From NCBI GenBank assembly GCA_964016885.1, contig OZ024744.1, positions 132,494,001 to 132,558,000 on the forward strand: a stretch of 64,000 nt of DNA, written 5' to 3'. The translations under genes were made by a program, and so were the position numbers. A model generated the notes under the pieces. That model did not search any database. It was not told the origin of the DNA and worked only from the letters and a program-made list of their open reading frames with translations. Below are positions 23,922-36,516 of the stretch, in pieces. The first letter of the stretch is position 1. Each line of letters opens with the position of its first letter. The DNA is from Eledone cirrhosa (lineage: Eukaryota).

Positions 23922-26900
23922 TTTGTCGAAAACCTTATATAATCATTTTTATTTAGGTTCTTCGAAACACCTTATATAATCAATTTTTTTAGGTTTTTCG
24001 AAAAACCTTATATAATCAATTTTTTAATACTTTTAGAAATATTTATATCTGATTTCAAATATTGATTTTATTAGGTTTTTGGAATAATCAATTTTTTTTA
24101 CGTTTTTCGAAAAATGTTATATAATCAATTTTTTTTAGGTTTTTCGAATCAATTCAATTTTTATAATCAAATATTTTTAGGTTTTTAGAAAAACCTTATA
24201 TAATCAAATTTTTTTAGGTTTTTCGAAAAACCTTATATAATTAATTTTTTTAGACTTTTAGAAATATTTATATCTGATTTCAAATATTGGATTTTTTAGG
24301 TTTTTCGATAATCAATTTTTTTTAGATTTTTCGAAAAATCTTATATAATCAATTTTTTTACGTTTTTAGAAAGACCTTATATAATCAATTTTTTTATACT
24401 TTTAGAAATATTTATATCTGATTTCAAATATTGATTTTTTTTTTAGGTTTTTCGAAATACCTTATATAATCAATTTTTTTTAGGTTTTTCAAATTACTTT
24501 ATATAATCAATTTTTTTTATCTGATTTCAAATATTGATTTTTTTAGCTTTTTCGACAAAATCTTATATAATCAATTTTTTTTAGGTTTTTCGAAAAAGAA
24601 TGAATTTGAGTTCATAGTCGAAATATATACTTCTGCATTAATCTTTTTACGTTTTTTTGATTTTTTTAAAAAAACGTAAAAAATTAATGCTTTTACAAAT
24701 CTTTTGAAATATTTACTTTCTAGTTTCAAATTTTGCAGATTAAATTTTTCTCGAAAAACCTAAAAAATCAGTTGTCGAAATCAGAAGTTAATATTTCGAA
24801 AAACGCAATTTGAAAAACTCATATTAATTTTTTTTCGAAAACATTATATAATCAATTTTTTAGAAATATTTATATCTGATTTCAAATATTGATTTTTTTA
24901 GGTTTTTCGAAAACCCTATATAATCAATTTTTTTGTACTTTTAGAAATATCTATATCTGATTTCATGTATTGATTTTTTTATATTTTTCGAAAAATCTTA
25001 TATAATCAATTTTTTTACGTTTTTAGAAAAACCTTATATAATCAATTTTTTTTAGGTTTTTCGAAAATCCTTATATAATCAATTTTTTTATGTTTTTTCG
25101 AAAAATCTTATATAATCAATTTTTTTACGTTTTTAGAAATATTTATATCTGATTTCAAATATTGATTTTTTTTAGATTTTTCGAAATACCTTATATAATC
25201 AATTTTTTTTAGGTTTTTCAAATTACCTTATATAATCAATTTTTTTTATCAGATTTCAAATATTGATTTTTTTTAGCTTTTTCGACAAAATCTTATATAA
25301 TCAATTTTTTTTAGGTTTTTCGAAAAAGAATGAATTTGAGTTCATAGTCGAAATATATACTTCTGCATTAATCTTTTTACGTTTTTTTGATTTTTTTTAA
25401 AAAAACGTAAAAAATTAATGCTTTTACAAATCTTTTGAAATATTTACTTTCTAGTTTCAAATTTTGCAGATTAAATTTTTCTCGAAAAACCTAAAAAATC
25501 AGTTGTCGAAATCAGAAGTTAATATTTCGAAAAACGCAATTTGAAAAACTCATATTAATTTTTTTTCGAAAACATTATATAATCAATTTTTTAGAAATAT
25601 TTATATCTGATTTCAAATATTGATTTTTTTAGGTTTTTCGAAAACCCTATATAATCAATTTTTTTGTACTTTTAGAAATATCTATATCTGATTTCATGTA
25701 TTGATTTTTTTATATTTTTCGAAAAAGCTTAGATAATCAATTTTTTTAGGTCTTTCGAAAACATTATATAATCAATTTTTTTACGTTTTTAGAAAAACCT
25801 TATATAATCAATTTTTTTTAGGTTTTTCGAAAAACCTTATATAATCAATTTTTTTATGTTTTTTCGAAAAATCTTATATAATCAATTTTTTTACGTTTTT
25901 AGAAATATTTATATCTGATTTCAAATATTGATTTTTTTTAGATATTTCGAAATACCTTATATAATCAATTTTTTTTAGGTTTTTCAAATTACCTTATATA
26001 ATCAATTTTTTTTATCAGATTTCAAATATTGATTTTTTTTAGCTTTTTCGACAAAATCTTATATAATCAATTTTTTTTAGGTTTTTCGAAAAAGAATGAA
26101 TTTGAGTTCATAGTCGAAATATATACTTCTGCATTTTTACGTTTTTTTGATTTTTTTTAAAAAAACGTAAAAAATTAATGCTTTTACAAATCTTTTGAAA
26201 TATTTACTTTCTAGTTTCAAATTTTGCAGATTAAATTTTTCTCGAAAAACCTAAAAAATCAGTTGTCGAAATCAGAAGTTAATATTTCGAAAAACGCAAT
26301 TTGAAAAACTCATATTAATTTTTTTTCGAAAACATTATATAATCAATTTTTTAGAAATATTTATATCTGATTTCAAATATTGATTTTTTTAGGTTTTTCG
26401 AAAACCCTATATAATCAATTTTTTTGTACTTTTAGAAATATCTATATCTGATTTCATGTATTGATTTTTTTATATTTTTCGAAAAATCTTATATAATCAA
26501 TTTTTTTACGTTTTTAGAAAAACCTTATATAATCAATTTTTTTTAGGTTTTTCGAAAAACCTTATATAATCAATTTTTTTATGTTTTTTCGAAAAATCTT
26601 ATATAATCAATTTTTTTACGTTTTTAGAAATATTTATATCTGATTTCAAATATTGATTTTTTTTAGATTTTTCGAAATACCTTATATAATCAATTTTTTT
26701 TAGGTTTTTCAAATCACCTTATATAATCAATTTTTTTTATCTGATTTCAAATATTGATTTTTTTAGCTTTTTCGACAAAATCTTATATAATCAATTTTTT
26801 TTAGGTTTTTCGAAAAAGAATGAATTTGAGTTCATAGTCGAAATATATACTTCTGCATTAATCTTTTTACGTTTTTTTGAAAAAATTAATGCTTTTACAA

Positions 26901-27424
26901 ATCTTTTGAAATATTTACTTTCTAGTTTCAAATTTTGCAGATTAAATTTTTCTCGAAAAACCTAAAAAATCAGTTGTCGAAATCAGAAGTTAATATTTCG
27001 TAAAACGCAATTTGAAAAACTCATATTAATTTTTTTTCGAAAACTTATTATATAATCAATTTTTTTATACTTTTAGAAATATTTATATCTGATTTCAAAT
27101 ATTGATTTTTTTAGGTTTTTCGAAAACCCTATATAATCAATTTTTTTGTACTTTTAGAAATATCTATATCTGATTTCATGTATTGATTTTTTTATATTTT
27201 TCGAAAAAGCTTAGATAATCAATTTTTTTAGGTCTTTCGAAAACCTTATATAATCAATTTTTTTTTAGGTTTTTCGAAAAAACCTTATATAATCAATTTT
27301 TTTTAGGTTTTTTCGAAAAATCTTACATAATCAATTTTTTTACGTTTTTAGAAATATTTATATCTGATTTCAAATATTGATTTTTTTAGATTTTTCGAAA
27401 TACCTTATTTTTAGGTTTTTCAAA
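23922..27424. repeat. Satellite A array 2 (diverged ~550 bp lead-in, then monomers of 731, 760, 711 bp and a partial)
   Basis: Marker at 24777, 25508, 26268, 26979. Begins TTAGGTTTGTCGAAAACCTTATATAATCATTTTTATTTAGG. Confidence 0.97.
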
Positions 27425-27609
27425 TTACCCCGACTTAACTTAACCCCAACTTAACTTAACCCCAACTTAACTTAACCCCAACTTAACTTAACCCCAACTT
27501 GACTTAACCCCAACATAACTCACACCCAACTTAACTTACCCCCAACTTAACTTAACCCCAACTTGACTTAACCCCAACTTAACTTAACCCCAACTTAACT
27601 TAACGCCAA
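27425..27609 (-). repeat. Inverted 16-mer cassette (leading type)
   Basis: C-rich run to ACGCCAAAGTCGGAG. Confidence 0.93.
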
Positions 27610-27998
27610 AGTCGGAGTTAAGTTAAGTTGGGGTTAAGCTAAGTTGGGGGTAAGTTAAGTTGGGGGTAAGTTAAATTGGGGTTAAGTTAAGTTGGGGTTA
27701 AGTTAGGGTTAAGTTAAGTTGGGTATAAGTTAAGTTGGGGTTGAGTGAAGTTGGGGTTAAGTTAAGTTGGGGTTAAGTTAAGTTAGGGTTAATTTAAGTT
27801 GGGGTTAAGTTAAGTTGGGGTTAACTTAAGTTGGGGTTAAGTTAAGTTGGGGTTAATTTAGGTTGGGGTTCAGTTAAGTTGGGGTTAAGATAAGTTGGGG
27901 TTAAGTTAAATTGAGATTAAGTTAACTTGGGTTTGAGTTAAGTTGGGGATAAGTTAAGTGGTGGTTATGTTAAGTTGGGGTTAAGTTAAGTTGGGGTT

Positions 27999-28326
27999 AA
28001 CCCCAACTTAACTTAACCCCAACTTAACTTAACCCCAACTTCACTCAACCCCAACTTAAATTAACCCCAACTTCACTCAACCCCAACTTAACTCAACCCC
28101 AACTTAAATTAACCCCAACTTAACTTAACCCTGACTTAACTTAACCCCGACTTAACTTCACCCCGACTTAACTTAACCCCAACTTAACTTAACCCCAACT
28201 TAACTTAACCCCAACTTGACTTAACCCCAACTTAACTCACACCCAACTTAACTTACCCCCAACTTAACTTAACCACAACTTGACGTAAACCCAACTTAAC
28301 TTAACCCCAACTTAACTTAACCCCAA
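27999..28326 (-). repeat. Inverted 16-mer cassette (CCCTGAC type)
   Basis: Same entry palindrome and exit scar. Confidence 0.93.
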
Positions 28327-28953
28327 AGTCGGAGTTCAGTTAAGTTGGGGTTCAGTTAAGTTAGGCTTAACTTAAGTTGGGGTTAAGTTAAGTTGGGGGT
28401 AAGTTAAGTTGGGGGTAAGTTAAGTTGGGGTTAAGTTAAGTTGGGGTTAAGTTGGGGTTAAGTTAAGTTAGGGTTAAGTTAAGTTGGGGTTGAGTTAAGT
28501 TGGGGTTAAGTTAAGTGGTGGTTATGTTAAGTTGGGGTTAAGTTAAGTTGGGGTTAAATTAAGTGGGGTTAACTTAAGTTGGGTGTAAGTTAAGTTGGGG
28601 TTGAGTGAAGTTGGGGTTAAGTTAAGTTGGGGTTAAGTTAAGTTAGGGTTAATTTAAGTTGGGGTTATGTTAAGTTGGTGTTAAGTTAAGTTGGGGTTAA
28701 GTCGAGTTGGGGTTAAGTTAAGTTGGGGTTAAGTTAAATTGGTGTTAAGTTAAGTTGGGGTTAAGTTAAGTTGGGGTTAGTTAAGTTGAGTTTAAGTTAA
28801 GTTGGGGTTAATTTAAGTTGGGGTTAAGTTAAGTTGGGGTTGAGTTAAGTTGTGGTTAAGTTAAGTTGGGGTTAGGTTAAGTTGGGGTTAAGTTAAGCTG
28901 GGGTTAAATTAAGTTGGGGTTAAGTTAAGTTGGGGTTAGGTTAAGTTGGGGTT

Positions 28954-29223
28954 AACCCCAACTTCACTCAACCCCAACTTAACTTAACCCCAACTTCACT
29001 CAACCCCAACTTAACTCAACCCCAACTTAACTTAACCCCAACTTAACTTAACCCTAACTTAACTTAACCCCGACTTAAACTTAACCCCGACTTAACTTAA
29101 CCCCAACTTAACTTAACCCCAACTTAATTTAACCCCAACTTAACTTAATCCCAACTTGACTTAACCCCAACTTAACTCACACCCAACTTAACTTACCCCC
29201 AACTTAACTTAACTTAACCCCAA
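28954..29223 (-). repeat. Inverted 16-mer cassette (CCCTAAC type)
   Basis: Same entry palindrome and exit scar. Confidence 0.93.
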
Positions 29224-32200
29224 AGTCGGAGTTAAGTTAAGTTGGGGTTAAGTTAAGTTAGGCTTAACTTAAGTTGGGGTTAAGTTAAGTTGGGGGTAAG
29301 TTAAGTTGGGGGTAAGTTAAGTTGGGGTTAAGTTAAGTTGGGGTTAAGATAAGTGGTGGTTATGTTAAGTTGAGGTTAAGTTAAGTTAGGGTTAAATTAA
29401 GTTGGGGTTAAGTTAAGTTGGGTGTAAGTTAAGTTGGGGTTGAGTGAAGTTGGGGTTAAGTTAAGTTGGGGTTAAGTAGAGTTGGGGTTAAGTTAAGTTG
29501 GGGTTAAGTTAAGTTGGTGTTAAGTTGGGGTTAAGTTAAGTTGGGGTTAAGTTGGGGTTAAGTTAAGTGGTGGTTATGTTAAGTTGAGGTTAAGTTAAGT
29601 TAGGGTTAAATTAAGTTGGGGTTAAGTTAAGTTGGGTGTAAGTTAAGTTGGGGTTGAGTGAAGTTGGGGTTAAGTTAAGTTGGGGTTAAGTAGAGTTGGG
29701 GTTAAGTTAAGTTGGGGTTAAGTTAAGTTGGTGTTAAGTTGGGGTTAAGTTAAGTTGGGGTTAAGTTGGGGTTAAGTTAAGTGGTGGTTATGTTAAGTTG
29801 GGGTTAACTTAAGTTGGGGTTAATTTAAATTGGGGTTAAGTTAACTTTGTGGTTAAGTTAAGTTGGGGTTAAGTTAAGTTGGGGTTAAATTAAGTTGGGG
29901 TTGAGTGAAGTTGGGGTTAAGTTAAGTTGGGGTTAAGTTAAGTTGGGGTTAACTTAAGTTGGGTTTAAGTTAAGTTGCGGTTAAGTTAAGTTGGGGTTAA
30001 GTTAAGTTGGGGTTAATTTAAGTCGGGGTTAATTTAAGTTGGGGTTGAGTTAAGTTGGGGTTAATTTAAGTTGAGGTTATGTTAAGTTGGGGTTAATTTA
30101 AGTTGGGGTTAAGTTGAGTTGGGGTTAAGTTAAGTTGGGGTTAATTTAAGTTGGGATTAAGTTCAGTTGGGGTTAAATTAAGTTGGGGTTAAGTTAAGCT
30201 GGGGTTAAATTAAGTTGGGGTTAAGTTAAGTTGGGGTTAAGTTAAGTTGGGGTTAAGTTAAGTTAGGGTTAATTTAAGTTGGGGTTATGTTAAGTTGGGG
30301 TTAAGTTAAGTTGGGGTTAAGTCGAGTTGGGGTTAAGTTAAGTTGGGGTTAGTTAAGTTGAGTTTAAGTTAAGTTGGGGTTAATTTAAGTTGGGGTTAAG
30401 TTAAGTTGGGGTTCAGTTAAGTTGGGGTTAAGTTTAGTTGGGGTTAAGTTAAGTTGGTTTAAGTTAAGTTGGGGTTAGGTTAAGTTGGGGATAAGTTAAG
30501 TTGGGGATAAGGTAAGTTGGGGTTAAGTTAAGTTGGGTTTAAGTTAAGTTGGGGTTAAGTTAAGTTAGGCTTAACTTAAGTTGGGGTTAAGTTAAGTTGG
30601 GGGTAAATTAAGTTGGGGGTTAGTTAAGTTGGGGTTAAGTTAAGTTGGGGTTAAGTTAAGTGGTGGTTATGTTAAGTTGGGGTTAAGTTAAGTTGGGGTT
30701 AAATTAAGTTGGGGTTAAGTTATGTTGGGTGTAAGTTAAGTTGGGGTTGAGTGAAGTTGGGGTTAAGTTAAGTTGGGGTTAAGTTAAGTTAGGGTTAATT
30801 TAAGTTGGGGTTATGTTAAGTTGGGGTTAAGTTAAGTTGGGGTTAAGTAGAGTTGGGGTTAAGTTAAGTTGGGGTTAAGTTAAGTTGGTGTTAAGTTGGG
30901 GTTAAGTTAAGTTGGGGTTAAGTTAAGTCGGAGTTAAGTTAAGTTGGGGTTGAGTTAAGTTGGGGTTAATTTAAGTTGAGGTTATGTTAAGTTGGGGTTA
31001 ATTTAAGTTGGGGTTAAGTTAAGTTGGGGTTAAGTTGAGGTTAAGTTAAGTTGTGGTTAAGTTAAGTTGGGGCTAAGTTAAGTTGGGGCTAAGTTAAGTT
31101 GGGGCTAAGTTAAGTTGGGGTTAAGTTAAGTTGGGGTTAAGTTAAGTTGGGTTTAATTTAAGTTGGGGTCAACTTAAGTTGGGGTTAAGTTGAGTTGGGG
31201 TTAAATTAAGTTGGGGTTAATTTAAGTTGGGGCTAAGTTAAGTTGGGGCTGAGTTAAGTTGGGGTTAAGTTAAGTTGGGGTTAAGTTAAGTTGGGGTTAA
31301 GTTAATTTTGGGTTAAGTTAAGTTGTGTTTCAGTTAAGTTGGGGTTAAGTTAAGTTTGGGTTAATTTGGGGTTAAATTAAGTTGGGGTTAAGTTAAGTTG
31401 GGGTTAAGTTAAGTTGGGGTTAAGTTAAGTTGGGGTTAATTTAAGTTGGGGTTAAGTTAAGTCGGGGTTAAGTTAAGTCGGTGTTAAGTTAAGTTAGGGT
31501 TAAGTTAAGTTGGGGTTAAGTTAAGTTGGCTTTAAGTTAAGCTGGGGTTAAGTTAAGTTGGGGTTAAATTAAGTTGGGGTTAAGTTAAGTTGGGGTTAGG
31601 TTAAGTTTGGGTTAGGTTAAGTTGGGGTTAAATTAAGTTGGGGTTAAGTTAAGTTGGGGTTAAGTTAAGTTGGGGTTAGGTTAAGTTGGGGATAAGTTAA
31701 GTTGGGGATAATTTAAGTTGGGGTTAAGTTAAGTTGGGTTTAAGTTAAGCTGGGGTTAAGTTAAGTTAGGCTTAACTTAAGTTGGGGTTAAGTTAAGTTG
31801 GGGGTAAATTAAGTTGGGGGTTAGTTAAGTTGGGGTTAAGTTAAGTTGGGGTTAAGTTAAGTGGTGGTTATGTTAAGTTGGGGTTAAGTTAAGTTGGGGT
31901 TAAATTAAGTTGGGGTTAAGTTATGTTGGGTGTAAGTTAAGTTGGGGTTGAGTGAAGTTGGGGTTAAGTTAAGTTGGGGTTAAGTTAAGTTAGGGTTAAT
32001 TTAAGTTGGGGTTATGTTAAGTTGGGGTTAAGTTAAGTTGGGGTTAAGTAGAGTTGGGGTTAAGTTAAGTTGGGGTTAAGTTAAGTTGGTGTTAAGTTGG
32101 GGTTAAGTTAAGTTGGGGTTAAGTTAAGTCGGAGTTAAGTTAAGTTGGGGTTGAGTTAAGTTGGGGTTAATTTAAGTTGAGGTTATGTTAAGTTGGGGTT

Positions 32201-34907
32201 AATTTAAGTTGGGGTTAAGTTAAGTTGGGGTTAAGTTGAGGTTAAGTTAAGTTGTGGTTAAGTTAAGTTGGGGCTAAGTTAAGTTGGGGCTAAGTTAAGT
32301 TGGGGCTAAGTTAAGTTGGGGTTAAGTTAAGTTGGGTTTAAGTTAAGTTGGGGTTAAGTTAAGTTAGGCTTAACTTAAGTTGGGGTTAAGTTAAGTTGGG
32401 GGTAAATTAAGTTGGGGGTTAGTTAAGTTGGGGTTAAGTTAAGTTGGGGTTAAGTTAAGTGGTGGTTATGTTAAGTTGGGGTTAAGTTAAGTTGGGGTTA
32501 AATTAAGTTGGGGTTAAGTTATGTTGGGTGTAAGTTAAGTTGGGGTTGAGTGAAGTTGGGGTTAAGTTAAGTTGGGGTTAAGTTAAGTTAGGGTTAATTT
32601 AAGTTGGGGTTATGTTAAGTTGGGGTTAAGTTAAGTTGGGGTTAAGTAGAGTTGGGGTTAAGTTAAGTTGGGGTTAAGTTAAGTTGGTGTTAAGTTGGGG
32701 TTAAGTTAAGTTGGGGTTAAGTTAAGTCGGAGTTAAGTTAAGTTGGGGTTGAGTTAAGTTGGGGTTAATTTAAGTTGAGGTTATGTTAAGTTGGGGTTAA
32801 TTTAAGTTGGGGTTAAGTTAAGTTGGGGTTAAGTTGAGGTTAAGTTAAGTTGTGGTTAAGTTAAGTTGGGGCTAAGTTAAGTTGGGGCTAAGTTAAGTTG
32901 GGGCTAAGTTAAGTTGGGGTTAAGTTAAGTTGGGGTTAAGTTAAGTTGGGTTTAATTTAAGTTGGGGTCAACTTAAGTTGGGGTTAAGTTGAGTTGGGGT
33001 TAAATTAAGTTGGGGTTAATTTAAGTTGGGGCTAAGTTAAGTTGGGGCTGAGTTAAGTTGGGGTTAAGTTAAGTTGGGGTTAAGTTAAGTTGGGGTTAAG
33101 TTAATTTTGGGTTAAGTTAAGTTGTGTTTCAGTTAAGTTGGGGTTAAGTTAAGTTTGGGTTAATTTGGGGTTAAATTAAGTTGGGGTTAAGTTAAGTTGG
33201 GGTTAAGTTAAGTTGGGGTTAAGTTAAGTTGGGGTTAATTTAAGTTGGGGTTAAGTTAAGTCGGGGTTAAGTTAAGTCGGTGTTAAGTTAAGTTAGGGTT
33301 AAGTTAAGTTGGGGTTAAGTTAAGTTGGCTTTAAGTTAAGCTGGGGTTAAGTTAAGTTGGGGTTAAATTAAGTTGGGGTTAAGTTAAGTTGGGGTTAGGT
33401 TAAGTTTGGGTTAGGTTAAGTTGGGGTTAAATTAAGTTGGGGTTAAGTTAAGTTGGGGTTAAGTTAAGTTGGGGTTAGGTTAAGTTGGGGATAAGTTAAG
33501 TTGGGGATAATTTAAGTTGGGGTTAAGTTAAGTTGGGTTTAAGTTAAGCTGGGGTTAAGTTAAGTTGGGGTTAAATTAAGTTGGGGTTAAGTTAAGTTGG
33601 GGTTAAGTTAAATTTGGGTTAGGTTAAGTTGGGGATTAGTTAAGTTGGGGATAAGTTAAGTTGGGGTTAAGTTAAGTTGGGTTTAAGTTAAGTTGTGGTT
33701 AAGTTAAGTTGGGGTTAAGTTAAGTTGGGGGTTAAGTTAAGTTGGGGTTAGGTTAAGTTGGGGATAAGTTAAGTTGGGGATAATTTAAGTTGGGGTTAAG
33801 TTAAGTTGGGTTTAAGTTAAGCTGGGGTTAAGTTAAGTTGGGGTTAAATTAAGTTGGGTTTAAGTTAAGTTGGGGTTAAGTTAAGTCGGGGTTAAGTTAA
33901 GTTGGGGTTGAGTTAAGTTGGGGTTATTTTAAGTTGAGGTTATGTTAAGTTGGGGTTAATTTAAGTTGGGGTTAAGTTAAGTTGGGGTTAATTTAAGTTG
34001 GGGTTAAGTTCAGTTGGGGTTAATTTAAGTTGGGGTTAAGTTAAGTTGGGTTTAAGTTAAGTTGGGGTTAAGTTAAGTTGGGGTTAAGTTAAGTTGGGTT
34101 TAAGTTAAGTTGGGGCTAAGTTAAGTTGGGTCTAATTTGAGTTGGGGTTAAGTTAAGTTGGGGTTAAGTTAAGTTGAGGTTAAATTAAGTTGGGGTTAAT
34201 TAAGTTGGGGTTAAGTTAAGTTGGGGTTAAGTTAAGTTGAGGTTAAGTTAACTTGGGGTTAAGTTAAGTTGGGGTTAAGTTAAGTTGGGGTTGAGTTAAG
34301 TTGGGGTTGAGTTAAGTTGGGGTTAAGTTAAGTTGGGGTTAATTTAAGTTCGGGTTAAGTTAAGTTCGGGGTAAGCTAAGTTGGGGTTAAGTTAAATCGG
34401 GTCTAAGTTAAGTGGGAGGTTAAGTTAAGTTGGGGTTGAGTTAAGTTGTGGTTAAGTTAACTTGGGGTTAAGTTAAGTTAAGTTTGAGTTAAGTTGGGGT
34501 TAAGTTGGGGTTAAGTTAAGTTGGGGTTAAGTTACGTTGGGGTTAAGTTAAGTTGGGGTTAAGTTGAGGTTAAGTTAAGTTGGGGTTAAGTTAAGTTGGG
34601 GCTAAGTTAAGTTGGGGTTAAGTTAAGTTGGGGTTAATTTAAGTTGGGGTTAGGTTAAGTTGGGGATAAGTTAAGTTGGGGATAAGTTAAGTTGGGGTTA
34701 AGTTAAGTTGGGTTTACGTTAAGCTGGGGTTAAGTTAAGTTGGGGTTAAATTAAGTTGGGGTTAAGTTAAGTTTGGTTTAGGTTAAGTTGGGGATAAGTT
34801 AAGTTGGGGATAAGTTAAGTTGGGGTTAAGTTAAGTTGGGTTTAAGTTAAGTTGGGGTTAAGTTAAGTTGGGGTTAAGTTAAGTTGGGGTTAGGTTAAGT
34901 TGGGGTT

Positions 34908-35044
34908 AACCCCAACTTAACTTAACCCCAACTTAACTTAACCCCAACTTAACTTAACCCTAACTTAACTTAACCCCGACTTAACGTAAGCCCGACTTAA
35001 CTTAACCCCATCTTAACTTACCCCCAAACTTAACTTAACCCCAA
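34908..35044 (-). repeat. Inverted 16-mer cassette (short type)
   Basis: Same entry palindrome and exit scar. Confidence 0.93.
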
Positions 35045-36379
35045 AGTCGGAGTTAAGTTGGGGTTAAGTTAAGTTGGGGTTAAGTTAAGTGGTGGTTATG
35101 TTAAGTTGGGGTTAAGTTAAGTTGGGGTTAAATTAAGTTGGGGTTAAGTTAAGTTGGGTGTAAGTTAAGTTGGGGTTGAGTGAAGTTGGGGTTAAGTTAA
35201 GTTGGGGTTAAGTAGAGTTGGGGTTAAGTTAAGTTGGGGTTAAGTTAAGTTGGTGTTAAGTTGGGGTTAAGTTAAGTTGGGGTTAAGTTAAGTTGGGGTT
35301 GAGTGAAGTTGGGGTTAAGTTAAGTTGGGGTTAAATTAATTTGGGGTTAACTTAAGTTGGGTTTAAGTTAAGTTGCGGTTAAGTTAAGTTGGGGTTAAGT
35401 TAAGTTGGGGTTAAGTTAAGTCGGGGTTAAGTTAAGTTGGGGTTGAGTTAAGTTGGGGTTATTTTAAGTTGAGGTTATGTTAAGTTGGGGTTAATTTAAG
35501 TTGGGGTTAAGTTAAGTTGGGGTTAATTTAAGTTGGGGTTAAGTTCAGTTGGGGTTAATTTAAGTTGGGGTTAAGTTAAGTTGGGTTTAAGTTAAGTTGG
35601 GGTTAAGTTAAGTTGGGTTTAAGTTAAGTTGGGGCTAAGTTAAGTTGGGTCTAATTTGAGTTGGGGTTAAGTTAAGTTGGGGTTAAGTTAAGTTGAGGTT
35701 AAGTTAACTTGGGGTTAAGTTAAGTTGGGGTTAAGTTAAGTTGGGGTTGAGTTAAGTTGGGGTTGAGTTAAGTTGGGGTTAAGTTAAGTTGGGGTTAATT
35801 TAAGTTCGGGTTAAGTTAAGTTCGGGGTAAGCTAAGTTGGGGTTAAGTTAAATCGGGTCTAAGTTAAGTGGGAGGTTAAGTTAAGTTGGGGTTGAGTTAA
35901 GTTGTGGTTAAGTTAACTTGGGGTTAAGTTAAGTTAAGTTTGAGTTAAGTTGGGGTTAAGTTGGGGTTAAGTTAAGTTGGGGTTAAGTTACGTTGGGGTT
36001 AAGTTAAGTTGGGGTTAAGTTGAGGTTAAGTTAAGTTGTGGTTAAGTTAAGTTGGGGCTAAGTTAAGTTGGGGCTAAGTTAAGTTGGGGTTAAGTTAAGT
36101 TGGGGTTAATTTAAGTTGGGGTTAGGTTAAGTTGGGGATAAGTTAAGTTGGGGATAAGTTAAGTTGGGGTTAAGTTAAGTTGGGTTTACGTTAAGCTGGG
36201 GTTAAGTTAAGTTGGGGTTAAATTAAGTTGGGGTTAAGTTAAGTTTGGGTTAGGTTAAGTTGGGGATAAGTTAAGTTGGGGATAAGTTAAGTTGGGGTTA
36301 AGTTAAGTTGGGTTTAAGTTAAGTTGGGGTTAAGTTAAGTTGGGGTTAAGTTAAGTTGGGGTTAGGTTAAGTTGGGGTT

Positions 36380-36516
36380 AACCCCAACTTAACTTAACCC
36401 CAACTTAACTTAACCCCAACTTAACTTAACCCTAACTTAACTTAACCCCGACTTAACGTAAGCCCGACTTAACTTAACCCCATCTTAACTTACCCCCAAA
36501 CTTAACTTAACCCCAA
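36380..36516 (-). repeat. Inverted 16-mer cassette (short type, duplicate of 34908-35044)
   Basis: Same sequence 1472 bp downstream. Confidence 0.93.

Larger units (their letters stand above)
7802..27424. repeat. Composite macro-repeat unit 1 (B array + A array), ~19.6 kb
   Basis: Bounded by equivalent A->B junctions GGTTTTTCAA(A/G)TTACCCCGACTTAAC at ~7802 and ~27425. Confidence 0.9.
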
